DNA from: Rhizaria sp. SCN 62-66
Taxonomy: Eukaryota
Reading direction: 5' to 3'
NCBI GenBank assembly: GCA_001724265.1
Contig: MEDY01000216.1
Location: 1 to 49,262 of the forward strand
DNA: 49,262 nt
Shown: in pieces, positions 10,940-22,600 of the stretch
Position numbering within the stretch: the stretch's first letter is position 1
How the letters are laid out: every line of letters begins with the position of its first letter
Notes under the pieces: generated by a model
Seen by the model: only the letters and a program-made list of their open reading frames with translations
Told to the model about the DNA's origin: nothing
Databases searched by the model: none
Translations under genes and position numbers: made by a program

Positions 10940-12370
10940 ATGTTGCCGTTGTTGCGGCTTGAACGGACTGGCGCCGTGCACTCCACGCCCGCCCTGTCCG
11001 TCTCTCGTGTGCCCCTCGTCACCGCCCACAGCAACGCCCACCACACAATCGCCGCCAGAGCCTCTGTCAGGCCGCACGTGGGCGTCGCTGACGCCCGCCG
11101 CGAAGCCCTGTGCGTAGACAACTAGCCCGCGGCCGTAGCGTGGCGCGTAGGATGACAGCTGGCCCCGCACGTGTTCCGCGTGCGTGCCCGAGCTCGCCCA
11201 CAGCGCCTTGGAGTCTACCCACGAGTACGCCGCGGTCGGTACCACCGCGCTCGCGGCCGCCGCATTCGCGACCGCGGCAGCGCTGCCGGCGGGTTTGGGG
11301 GACGCGGCGGCGGCAGCAGCGCCGGCAGCAGACAGCGGCAACGGCACCGATGCCGATAACGACGACGATGATGACGACGACGACGACGATGACTGGGAAG
11401 GCAGGAAAGGGGAAGGAAATGACGGTGACGCAGCGCTCGCGTGCTGATGAGGAGACAAAGGCGCCGGGCCAAAGGCCGCCGCACTGTTGCTGCTATTGTT
11501 GTTGCCGCCAGTGCCACTGTGCGCGTGTGATTGTGAGTGCGAGTGCGCGTGGAGGGGGAAGGGGAGCGGCAGCGGATAGGGCAGGAGCACGTCGGGCGTG
11601 CGCGAAAGCGCCGCGGTGCGCATTGAAGACTCGGGGATCGCGGGGAAACCCAGCGAGGTCAGCCGCAGCAGCATGTGTTGTCTAAGCAAATGCGGCAGAC
11701 AGGAATTAAATTTAGGATGGCGTGAGCATGAGGACATGAAAGGCGAGATATGCTATAAGCATCGGGTCAGACCAAAACAAAGACAAAGGTATCTCGTGAA
11801 ATAAATCAAGTTAAACAAATGCATGGTGCTACAGTTCGTTACGTACTCGTAGAGCTTGCCGACGATGCGTCGCACGCGGACCGAGTGCGGGGAGCTAGCG
11901 TCGACCCAGCCTGCCGCGGCCCACATCTGCCGCCGCACGCCGCGCTCCGTGCGCGCCAGCGCAGCCGCTGCGGGGGTTGCAGGCGCCGCCAGCGCATGCG
12001 TCGGCGCGGGCGGCGCAAGGAAGCAGGCAAAGACATCCGTGGCTTGGACGTGCGGAGGCAGGAGCGCGCGGAAGGAGTCGGTCTGCGCGAGCGCGCGGGC
12101 CAGCAGCGAGGGCGAGTACCCGCGCGCCAGCGCCACGGAAAGGATAGACCGGGACGCGTCCTGCGCGAGCTCTTTGTGAATCTGGAAAAGGTGCTTGCGG
12201 ATGAGCGCGGACTGCTGCTTCGAAGCGGGCTGGCTCGACTGGGAGTAGATACTCAGTAGCGCATTGTAGCTCACGCCAGTCGCCTGGTGCAGCGCGGCAA
12301 GGTCGCCCTGCGAGCCCCGTTGCACTACTTCAACAAGAAATTTTGCGGAATGCTAGGATAAAATGCTCAT
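9452..12370 (-). CDS. CDIN1: CDIN1/C15orf41-like (TPD domain) PD-(D/E)xK nuclease with a long low-complexity C-terminus (~917 aa); exons 12370-11847, 11681-9452
   Basis: Family motifs appear in order: ALLSIYSQ, GYSPSLLAR, GKLYE, LGFPAIPESSMR..SRTPDVLLPYP, WVDSKA, QLSSYAPRYGRGLVVYAQGF. Intron GTACGT..TTAG 11846-11682 gives LYE-QHML. The start at 12370 needs TAG read-through at 12355-12353; an alternative start is 12485 with an extra intron. Ends in TGA. Confidence 0.82.
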
Positions 12371-12602
12371 CGTGCCTGGCAGTCTAATAAATTTGCTTTG
12401 ACGATGAGGACTCCGAGATTTTCAACGATGAAGAAACAATGGCATCAGCCCTCTCTCGGTTCGCGCGAACTTGCCACAAACGCATCTTTGTTTGACAAAA
12501 CAAAGATGTGCTACTTGAAGAAACAGTTTGGTGGTGCAAAACCACTGTATTATGGCCCGTAACTAAGTATTCTTCCCATATTAATTATTATAAATGCATC
12601 TA

Positions 12603-14977
12603 TCAATCATCATAGAGCGCAAAGATGTCCGCCGCATCATCCTCCGCAGCAGGCGCAGCAGGCACGGCTGGAAAAGCAGTCTCTGTCGCGACAGAAGGGG
12701 CTGCAGGAGTAGGAGTGTCTTGCTCCACCCGCGCCTTGGCCATGGCAAACGCGGCACGCATCTCTGCCTCGTCCTCCTCCTCCTCCTCGCGCTCTCGCTC
12801 GGCCGCCTGCGCCGCCTCCCTCTGCAGCCGCTCTTCCTCCGTCTCGGTCTCCGCCGCAGTCACTGCGTCTACTTGCTGCGCGGTACTGCCGGTGCCAGCT
12901 GGTTGCAGCTCAGCGCGAGCCTGCTCCTGCATGCGCTGCAGCTCGCGCACGCGGGCGCCCGCCTCTGCGCTCATGGCGCCGCCGCGCATGGCCACCGCGT
13001 CGACCTCCTGCCCCGTGAGCCGCGCGTGCACCGCCGCCAGATCCCGCTCCAGCAGCAGCGACGCAGAGTCCCCCGCGATGGTGGTAACGCTGGCGCGGCT
13101 GGCGTGCGCGTTGCCGGCCGCGGCGGCCGCGGCGGGCGTGCCGGGCTGCGCGAAGTTGACTGGCGTCTCGTCGATGAGCGCGTTGAACGCCGTCGTCTGC
13201 AGGTTCGGCACGTAGGGCGGCATAGGCGCCGAGGGGCGGTAGTCGCGCTGCCCGCGGTACGCGTCTGCGACGTCGCGGTAGAAGTGCGTCGCCGGGATCG
13301 GGTGGTACACGGGCACACTCAGGTCTGCCTCAGACGCGGACTCTGACGCAGATGACGACTCAGACGACGCTTCCGCTGAGGCCGAGGCTGAGGCTGAGGG
13401 GACGGAAGGCGGCAGAGGGGGTCCGAGGCAGGCGCGGAGGCGCGCGCGGACCCAGGCCAGCTCGCCCACGGTCGGCCGGAAGTCAAACCTCGGGTACGGC
13501 GCCGGGACCGGGGCGTCCGCGGTCACAGCCACGGCCGCAACAGCGGCGTCAGAAGCGCCGATCACGCTCGAGCCAGTGCTGGCGCTGCTCGTGGGCTCCG
13601 GCGCGAAGGGGTAGAATGTGACGGGCCGGTCGGGCCGCGGCATGCGGCTGTCCGCGTGCCGCGCGCCCGCACTCACGCCGACGTCCGCGCCATTGCACCC
13701 ACTCGCGTTCACAGCAGCCGCAGCAGCCGCAGCAGGCGCGGCAGCCGCAGATGTCGCAGATGTCGCAGTCGTAGCGGCCGTGACAGGGGCCGTGGCCGTG
13801 GCGTTGCTCTCGGCCGCAGTGCCGGTGGCGCGGAGCACGGCGGCAGACGTGACGCCGGCGCGCGGGTAGAGCTGGCGCGTGCTCTTGCTGACGGCGAGCC
13901 ACTCCTCGTCGTAGCACAGACAGCGCGGCGCGCCGGGCACCGCAGGCAGCGAGAACACGTGCAGGAACGAGCGCCCCGGCAGGATCTTGTCCAGCGCCAG
14001 GAACCGCGTCGCCGACCCAGCGGCCTCTGTGTTCCCGCCACTGTTGATGCTGCTGTTGTCAGCGGCGCCAGTGTGCGGGATGAGGGCGGGGAACTCGACG
14101 TGGAGGTGGGCGGCGAACCAGTAGGGCGGCCGCAGCACCTGCACGAGCCTGTTGTGCGCTGGGGAGCCGCCCAGCGTGCCCGCCGCGACCTCGTCGCGGA
14201 AGAAGGGCTTCGCGCGACACAGGCGCTCGCTGTCGCCGTGATCCGCGACGCGGAGCGGCCAGTCGTGCGAGACGACGACGTCGACTGGGCGCGCTAGCTG
14301 GGAGAGCTGGAAGAACTCGAACTCGCGAGCGTGGTACAGCGAGCGCATCGAGCCCGCGTCGAGCGGGGAGAACTCGTGCCGCGGCGAGTAGAAGTCGCGT
14401 TTGTCGTAGATTCCCGAATAGCCGGCGACTCGGATGCCCGCGAAGTTGACGACGCCCGCGAAGCCCATGTAGTAGATGTTGGGCGCGACCCATCCGCCGT
14501 GCGCGAGCTCCATCAGGTGGTTGCTCGCCTCGTGGTTGCCGTGCACGAACACGGTCGGGTACGGCGCGGTGAGAGTGCCCAGGTAGTACTTCCAGAAGGT
14601 AACCATGTGGCGGAACTTGATGGGACAGGCCATGCACGCGAGGTCGGCCTCGTTGCGCACGGACTCGAAGTCCCCGCAGCAGATTACCAGGTCGATCGGA
14701 CGCTGCTGCGGGTCGTTGCGCTCCAGGTCTGAGATCGCAGAGTACATGGCCTCCACCTCGCCGTGTACGCATCCCACGACGGCAATCTGAGTGGGAAGTA
14801 CGGGGCATGGTGAAGGAGTCGTTAGACAGTGCGTGATGTGGTGAGAGTATCAGAAAAGTGTGCGAGAATGGCAGAGCAACGGTGGAGTGGTTCAGACAGT
14901 ACAGATCGAACAATCTAGTAGTATAATTGAAATATAATACGTACGCGCACATCTTTGTTTTGAGCTTCGGTCGCCAT
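12603..14977 (-). CDS. DBR1: RNA lariat debranching enzyme (~738 aa); exons 14977-14945, 14786-12603
   Basis: Intron GTACGT..TCAG 14944-14787 gives MATEAQNKDVR-IAVVGCVHGE. Dbr1 metallophosphoesterase motifs are present: GCxHG, CGDFES, GNHE, SHDWP, YWFAAHLH, FLALDK, YDEEWL. Ends in TGA. Confidence 0.95.
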
Positions 14978-15441
14978 AGTGATTGACGGACGAAACAGCC
15001 CAGGCATATTCGTGAAAATCCTTATCTTGCTTGCCCCACTGCCAGAGTCGCAGCAGCGCCGAACAGTTTTCAAGAGGATATCAACAAATGTTTCGGTGCT
15101 GGAGACAAGAACTGTCGCGGCAAAATGTATATTTGGCTTTGACGTTGTTCGAAAAAAATATGTTTTGCCGTCCTTGTTCGGGTGGGCTCAGGCAGGTTGC
15201 CCTGGAGGTGACCGTTGGCAACCACCTACGAAGACTTGACTTCAATGAATCTGGCTCTCAGATGATACCGATGCTTGTATTGTTTGCGTCAGGTGGTGGC
15301 AAGTTTGTGGACGCATGTTTCTCTCTGTCCTTGACACTCTCTCACATCCTCTCCTCTCGTACATGAATCTTCGCATCCAGTCTCAAGCGACCTCCAGACA
15401 ACACAAGAAGTCGCTCTCTTGCGTCAACTACCGTTGATTGC

Positions 15442-18400
15442 ATGTTTGGCCCTGTACGCCTTGATGCTGCAGCAGCGGCCGCCGCTGCAGCTGCGATACA
15501 GAGCGCAAGCGCGTACACCTCAAGCTCTGCCTCTCACATCAACGCGAGCGGGACCAACACGAGCGCATCGAGTGGCGGCAGCAGTGCCATCAACGTCAGC
15601 TTTAGCGAGCGCGCACGTCGCATGCTCTCGGTTCAGCGCCCTACACCGACTGTTACACTGGACCTCGCCACGCTCGCCTCGGTGATGGCTCCGCAACCGC
15701 ACAGCTTGCAGCAACAGCAGCAACAGCAACAGTCGACGCAAGCACAAACCGCGACGCCTGTGACAGCGCCAACAAGTGTGAATGGCAGTATTCGGGCTGC
15801 ACAACACAGCGGTGTACGCCGCAATGTGCGCGCACCAACGGCAACAGCAGCGACGTCTCATGTGTCGGCAATCGCTGTAACGACTGCGGGTGCGGCAGCA
15901 CCTGTGCGGAAGCCGGCTGTGCCAGTGTCAAACGTCAAGCGTCCAACGAATGCCGGCATGAACTCGACAGCGCAATCGCACGGCGTTGGTACAGCGGTGG
16001 TGAATGGTCGAGTCGTCAATCTTAACCGCCCAAAGCCAGACACGTCAACGTCACATCGTGATAGTACCGCGAGCGACGCGCGCCGCAACACCAACAGCAG
16101 CGAGGTAGCCTCTTCGCCCTCGACTGAGCCCGCGCCCGAGTCCGGTGCGAGCGCGAGCGCGGGCACGGCGGCCCCGGTGTCGGCCGCGACCGTGAGCGCG
16201 GTGACCGAGAGTCTGGCGTCGCTGACGCGCACGCACGCGCGCGTACTGTCGGAGCGCGAAGGTGACCGCGCACGGCTGCGCACGCTCGCGCTCGCACTCG
16301 AAGCAGCGCGCGCTGAGGCGCAGGAGGCCGAGGGGCGCGCGCAGGCCGCCGAAGCGCGCGCGGGCAAGGCCGCCGCCGTCTGCGAGCGCCTGCGCAGGGG
16401 CGCGGGGGAGGGCCGCGCGCTGTGGGCCTTGGCGGAGGCAGAGGCCGGCGCTGCCGCACCAGACTGTGACGCAGACGATGGCACTGTGAGCGGCACAGAC
16501 GTGATCAGCGGCATCTTATTCGCAGTGAGTCAGAAAAACACTAGCGGTGTCAATGAAAGCAACGGTTTCAATGGAAACAATGATCACGAAGACGAGGACG
16601 ACGACTTCTATCGCGCGAACGCCTCCGAGTCTGCAGTTGACGCAGAGCAGCTGAACGAAGATGAGACCTTGCAGGAGCCGTTGCCAGCGCTTATTCCAGT
16701 GCCAGTACACGCTGCCGCGCTGGCCCGCCTGCGTCGCCGCCATGCCGCGGCCGCGCAGGCGCTCCGCACGGCGCTCGCCGCCGCACGCCGCGATAGCGCT
16801 GAGGCCGCGCGCGCGCATGCGGCCGCTCTGGCGGCCGCGGAAAGCGAGCTCGAGCGCGTGCGGCGGCTGGAGCGCGCCGACGCGGAGGCCGCGGTGGTGG
16901 CACTGGCGCAGGCGGGGCGGGACGTGGTTGCCGCGGCCGCGATGGTCGACGACGACACCGTTGACGTCGGCGGACAAAGTGCATCTGAGAAGGCGCTGCT
17001 TAGTTCGGGCCCTGTGGGTCCCTCGCCGGTTAAAGCATTGCGGTCTGCCGCGAAGTGGTTTGTCGATGATGCGACCTTCAAAGCAAAAGCGTTTAGTAGC
17101 AACAGTGCACAGTCCAGCTTGGAGCAAGAGCACCAAACGCCTGTGCGGAGTGCGCGCAGTCCGCACAGTGGCTACGGTGCCAGTGCGGAGCCTGGTAGAG
17201 GCAGCCGCGTGCGCGTGCTATGGGGCACACGCTCACCGTTTGCGCCAATCTCTCCTACTTCACCGCATGACGACCAGAGCAATGATCACGATCTCTCGGC
17301 AGCGTCGAAGTCGACTGTACGGAACGCCAGCACCGAGCATGTCGGTCGCCAAACCGGACCTTCGTCGCCGTTTGGTGACCTTCTGTCTGACAGTCTCGAC
17401 AACATCGACGATGAGAATAAGCGCCAACAACAGCAGCAGGCTGTCCACGGACAAGTTAATGATCTCTCTTTGATCGGCGCTCTTGGACTCGCCCAAGTTC
17501 ATGCTAGCCCCAGCGCGAACGCAGTCACTCGCCGCAGTTCTCGCACCACGCCCAGTGCGAATATTACGAAGGTCCGTGTTGATGCCGAGGCTCTTGATAA
17601 TGCGAGCGTGCTCAACACGAGCACGATTGACGCGTGGGGCCCGTGTCCGGACTGTGCGCGCCACATCGCTGAGGACGGCCGACTTAAGTCGCACGTGTCG
17701 TTGTTGAAGGAGGAGGTGAATCGGCTTAATGACGAAACCACTACGCTAAAGGCCGAGGTTGCACGCTTGACTGCTGAGCTCTCTGCTGCTGCGCTGGCCA
17801 CTGTCACCGCAACTGATGCAGCAGCGCTGGCGGCAAGCCGAGCCGCCTCGGCTGAGGCTCGGGCTGTTGCATCGGAAGCTAAGGTTGCTGCCGGTGAAGC
17901 AGAGATCATGAGTCTGAAGCGTGAGTTAGCGATCGCGAGGAGCGATGTAAAGACAACCACGCAGCAGCATCTGCAGCCACTGCTTTATCCGACGAGGCCT
18001 CAGCAGCTGCAAAATGGAGCACTTGACTTCAGTGCGTACTCAGCTGCCCTCGGTGGCACTGCTCACAACCACACATCACCCGCGCTTGGCAACTCAGCTG
18101 CCGGGGGTGTCAACGAGTCAACAGTGCTTTCCCAGTCAGTGCTGCACTCAATGCTTTATCAACAGCAGCAGCATTCTAATCACACGTTCATCAACGCCAA
18201 CACGCTTCACAATGCGTCTCTGTTTCAAAATGTGGCGCCGGCTTCTGGCTCCGCGGCTGCCACTGCAGCTTCCGCTGTAGCTGCCGCGGCCGCATTTGAG
18301 CGCGAGCTTCTTGCCGCGCGCGCCGCTGCTGCTGAGCGCGAGTGCGCGCGTCTTCTCGACCTCTCGACTGCCACAGCCGCTGAGACTGCAGCAGCAGTCA

Positions 18401-19305
18401 CCGCTGCGGATGCTGCGCGCGCTGACGCCGAGGCCCTCGCTGCTGAGGCTGCTGCGGACGCCCAAGCAGCGCGCGCCGAGGCAGAGGCCGCGCGCGCGGA
18501 AGCCGGTGCGGCACGCGCCGAAGCTGGTGCTGGCGTTGAAGCCCTGCGCGCGGCTGCGGCAGCGCAGGTGGCGACGCTTGCGAGCGAGTGCGAGCGGCTC
18601 CGGCGCGCGGCCGAGGAAGGCGAAGTGAGGCGTGGAGTTGAGGTGGGCGCACTGAGGCAAGACATTGTGCGGGTAATTGCGCATGCCGCGGAGGAGGTAA
18701 AGCGGGCTAAGGCAGAGGCCACGGCGACTGCAGCCATAGCGAATATGAACATGGTCCCCACGCCTATTGGAAGTAAACGCAATGATGCGACGTTATCTCG
18801 CAAAGATAGCGGTGCTGCTGTCGCTTTGGGTGTTAGTGTGAGCAGTGTTAACACTGCAAGCCAGATTGGACCAATGTTTCAGCGCTACCTCGCACAACAT
18901 GCTGCGGCACAGCAAAATGCTCAACTTTCAATGCAACAGCATCCAGCGCAACTACAGCAGCGTGAGCAGGTGCGCTCAAGCCCTACACCCACGCACCAGC
19001 ACCATGCTTTATCTGTGCAGCAGCACCAACAGCCTCAGCAGCAAAGGCAGCCGCCACAACAGCAACAGCAAACTCTCGAAGCACAGCTGCGCCGGGACAT
19101 GCAAGGCGCGTTTGCTGCGAGTCCGCCGCCGCTGGACGCAAGCGCGATGGTTGCAATGGGGACATTTGTGGCGCGCAACGGCGGCGCTGCTGTTGCTGCT
19201 GCTGCTAACATGGACGCAAACACGAGAGTTGTTGCGACGCCGGCTGCAGGTGTTGTGTATGCTGCTACGGACAAAACAAGCATGCAACTAAATAACACGC
19301 TGTAA
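15442..19305 (+). CDS. Hypothetical coiled-coil, Ala/Gln-rich protein (1287 aa or longer)
   Basis: Long uninterrupted ORF with heptad-like segments (LKEEVNRLNDETTTLKAEVARLTAEL), a CPDC motif and Q-rich ends, flanked by AT-rich DNA. Ends in TAA. The frame stays open upstream to a CAG at 15380, so an upstream exon is possible. Confidence 0.8.
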   Translation: MFGPVRLDAAAAAAAAAAIQSASAYTSSSASHINASGTNTSASSGGSSAINVSFSERARRMLSVQRPTPTVTLDLATLASVMAPQPHSLQQQQQQQQSTQAQTATPVTAPTSVNGSIRAAQHSGVRRNVRAPTATAATSHVSAIAVTTAGAAAPVRKPAVPVSNVKRPTNAGMNSTAQSHGVGTAVVNGRVVNLNRPKPDTSTSHRDSTASDARRNTNSSEVASSPSTEPAPESGASASAGTAAPVSAATVSAVTESLASLTRTHARVLSEREGDRARLRTLALALEAARAEAQEAEGRAQAAEARAGKAAAVCERLRRGAGEGRALWALAEAEAGAAAPDCDADDGTVSGTDVISGILFAVSQKNTSGVNESNGFNGNNDHEDEDDDFYRANASESAVDAEQLNEDETLQEPLPALIPVPVHAAALARLRRRHAAAAQALRTALAAARRDSAEAARAHAAALAAAESELERVRRLERADAEAAVVALAQAGRDVVAAAAMVDDDTVDVGGQSASEKALLSSGPVGPSPVKALRSAAKWFVDDATFKAKAFSSNSAQSSLEQEHQTPVRSARSPHSGYGASAEPGRGSRVRVLWGTRSPFAPISPTSPHDDQSNDHDLSAASKSTVRNASTEHVGRQTGPSSPFGDLLSDSLDNIDDENKRQQQQQAVHGQVNDLSLIGALGLAQVHASPSANAVTRRSSRTTPSANITKVRVDAEALDNASVLNTSTIDAWGPCPDCARHIAEDGRLKSHVSLLKEEVNRLNDETTTLKAEVARLTAELSAAALATVTATDAAALAASRAASAEARAVASEAKVAAGEAEIMSLKRELAIARSDVKTTTQQHLQPLLYPTRPQQLQNGALDFSAYSAALGGTAHNHTSPALGNSAAGGVNESTVLSQSVLHSMLYQQQQHSNHTFINANTLHNASLFQNVAPASGSAAATAASAVAAAAAFERELLAARAAAAERECARLLDLSTATAAETAAAVTAADAARADAEALAAEAAADAQAARAEAEAARAEAGAARAEAGAGVEALRAAAAAQVATLASECERLRRAAEEGEVRRGVEVGALRQDIVRVIAHAAEEVKRAKAEATATAAIANMNMVPTPIGSKRNDATLSRKDSGAAVALGVSVSSVNTASQIGPMFQRYLAQHAAAQQNAQLSMQQHPAQLQQREQVRSSPTPTHQHHALSVQQHQQPQQQRQPPQQQQQTLEAQLRRDMQGAFAASPPPLDASAMVAMGTFVARNGGAAVAAAANMDANTRVVATPAAGVVYAATDKTSMQLNNTL

Positions 19306-19635
19306 GCAACACAGCAACTCGACTGAAACGCACTGCGCGCGATCAGAAAACACATGGGTTATCCAAGTACATGTACATTTTTTATATAGTTCAGATTTTT
19401 TTTTCATCGAGAGAAATAAATGAATGCCTCATTCTACTCAGAATCCCGCAATCCGCTACCTTTGACACGGCTCCACTCAAGTAGTTCAAGAGCACGCAAT
19501 ATGAACAAATAAATCAAGACTATATTGAAATAAAACAATCACAAAAGTAAATTAAAACTATGTAAAGAGAACGGAGAAACAAAAATGAAATGGATCATCA
19601 CAAAACTCTGCATGGCTCATGCGTTTAAACTATGT

Positions 19636-22600
19636 TTACGCGGTGGGCACAAGTTCAGCGCCCTCAACGAGCTGGAACGGCAGCGGCTTGACTTCCGCGC
19701 CGCCCTCTCCGGCCGCGGCGGCGCGCGCCTGCTGGATGACGGCCACGACCTCGGCGCGCTTGGGCGTCAGCACGACGAGCCTCTTCTGCTGCGCCGCGCC
19801 GGGCGCACCGTGGAAGACGACAAGCGTGTGCGTGGACGCGCGCGCGAGTCCCAGGGCGGTGACGTGCTTGAGCGGGACGCGCTCCAGCACGCGCACGGCG
19901 TCGGCGTTGGCGCCCGCCGCGGCCGCGTCCTCGGGGCCCGAGACGAGGAGTGCGGCGTCCGTCACGGCCAGCACGCGCAGCTCGCCGGCGGGCGCCGCGA
20001 CGTCCTTGTGCGTCACCAGGTCAGAATACACGACGCTGCTGCCGGGCGCCTCGGCGGCCGCGGTGGCTGCAGCGCGCCAGTGCGCGTCAGAGCGCAGCGA
20101 CATGGAGTCGAGCGCGGCGGGTAGCGCGGCGGGCGCCGAGAGTCCGATGCCGCGCGAGGCCGCGAAGGCCGCGCTGGCGGGACCCGTGCGCAGCGTCGTC
20201 ATGTACTTGGGCGGGATGTACCCGCCGCTCGAGGCGGCCTGCGGGGCAGCGGCGGGTGTCGCGGCCGGGGCAGGGGCGGCGGCGACGGGCTCGGGGCGGG
20301 AGAAGAGAGCGACGCCGCGGGATCCCGGCTCAAAACCACCGTTGTTTGCAGCAGGGGGAGTGTCCGGGCGCGGCTCGACCACCGCGCCCGACTGCGGCTG
20401 GTACTGTGGCCACATGCTCTGCTGCTGCGGAGGCTGCTGCTGCTGCGGGGGCAGGAGCGAAGGCAGCTGCTGCCCGAGCTGGCCCAGCCCGGCCATCTGC
20501 TGCTGCGTATGCGCCAGCAGCTGCGGCGGGACGACCATCCCGCCCATCGCGCCCATGCTGCCCATAGCGCCCAGGCCGCCCATCGCGCCCATCGCGCCGG
20601 AGCGCGAGAGCAGCGCGGTCAGCAGCAGCGTCTGCGTCTGCATCTGCGCCATCACTGACGACAGCGACGACGCCAGCCCCACCGCGACCGCCACCGTCGG
20701 CTCCTGCGCCGCCGCCGCCGCAGCCGCAGCGGCCGGGGCGGGCGCGGCGCTGCCGGTCGCGTCGTCGAGCGCAAGCGCGGGCGCAGAGCTCCCCGGCGCG
20801 CCGGCGGCAGCGGCGAGGCTGCGGCGCTGCGCGTCGAGCTCGGCGCGCTCCTTGTCCATCTCGCGCTGCTGCTGCTGCAGCGAGATGTAGGTCGACAGCA
20901 GCGTCTGTTGACTCAGCACCGTCTGCTGCAGCGCCGCCAGCGCCGCGCTCGTGTCCACGGCAGGGGCCGCGGCGGCGGCGGCGGCGGGGGCGGCGGCGGG
21001 GGCGGCGCGGGTAAGCGCGACGCCGCGAGAGGCCGAGCCGAAGCCGCCGTCCTCGTCACCCTCTTGCGCCTGCGCCTGCTGCGAGTAGCTGGGGCGGCGG
21101 TAGCTGCTGGCGAAGCCCTGCTGCGCGCCGCCGCCGCCGGCCGCCGCGGATGCCGAGGCGCGGCCCGCGAGCGCGCTGCGCTGCCGCTGCCGCTCCGCGC
21201 GCAATGCCGCACGCTCGCCGCTGGCCGCGTTGGCAGTGGCGCCGGCGCCCCAGGTGCCCGCGAGCTGTCGCGGCGGCGCGATGGCCGCGCCCGCGGGCCG
21301 CCACGCCTTGCCCTGCGCGTCGCCCGCACTGCCGCCGGCGACGACCGAAGAGTTGCTCCCACCGCCGTTAGCAAGCGAGCGCGCCAGCGACACGCCGCGG
21401 GTCGTGCTGCCGCTGTCCGCGCCCGCGGCGGTGGCGGACAGGGGCCGGCGCGAGGGCGTGGCCGCGGCCGCAGTGGGGCCAGGCGTGGGCCGTGCGCTCG
21501 CGGGCCGCGCGCGCCCCGTCGCCGCGCCTGTCCCCGAGGCCGCGGCGGGCACGGGCTGGCCGGCGAGCCCAGGGGCCGCGTGCGCCGCGGCCGTGCGCGC
21601 GAGGTCGTCGTTGAGCACACCCGCGTTGCCCTCGAAGGCCTGTAGCCGCGCCTCGCGCTCCTTGAGCAGCGCGCCGGCCTGTGCGCGCGCCTGCCCCGTC
21701 GCCGCCGCGGCGCGCGCACGCTGCTGTGCCTGCTCTTTGAGTGCGGGGGCGTTAGCGCGGCACCAGCGCTCGAGCTCGCTGAGCGCGGCGAGCTGCGCGG
21801 CGACGCGGTCGATGTCCCCCGCGATCCACGACGGGTATTGCACCGCGCCCGCGGAGCCGCCGCGCGCGTCCGCGCTGGGCTCGAGCACGAGCGCGTCGAG
21901 GGCGCCTAGCAGCCGCGTGACCGTGGCGACAGCGGCGCCCGCGACGGAGCCTGCGGCGGCCTCGGCGGGCGTGGGCGCCGTTGCGGCCGTCGCGGCGGCG
22001 GCGGCGTCGCGCGCGGCGTGTGTGAGCACCGCGTGGATGCGCTGTACGAGCGAGAAGGCCGTGCGCAGCGTCTCCGCCACCGCGGGCTGCGTCACGTCGA
22101 GCGTCTCGCCCACCGGCGCCACCACAGCGGGCCGCGGCAGCGTCGGCAGCGTGTCGGCCAGCGACGCCGCGCTCGCGGTGGCCACGGTCGAGCTGGCGCC
22201 GCTGGGGGCGCGGCGGGCGGCGGCGGCAAGCGCGAGCGCGTTGGCGGCCGCCTGTGACGACGAAGCCGCCGACGCGGCCGCGGGCTGAAACGGCTTCGCA
22301 GCCGGGCTTGAGCTCGAGCCGGCGCTGGAGCTGGGCTGGCGGGCGACGCTGGGCGCCGATGCCGCCGCCGCAGTCGCAGCGACGCGGGGGGTGGCCGCGC
22401 CGGCGCTGCCGCCCGCGGTGACGCTGGCGCCTGCGTAGCTAGCCCCGGCCGGCGCGGCGGCGTGCTGGGCGGGCTTGCGCGGCTGCGGGTTGGTGCGCAC
22501 GTGGTCGGCGGGGCAATAGGGTGCAAACACGGGGTCGCCTGCCGCGCGCTTGGCCAGCGGCTCGTTCGCGGGGGCGCGCGCCGTGATATCCTTGCCGTGC

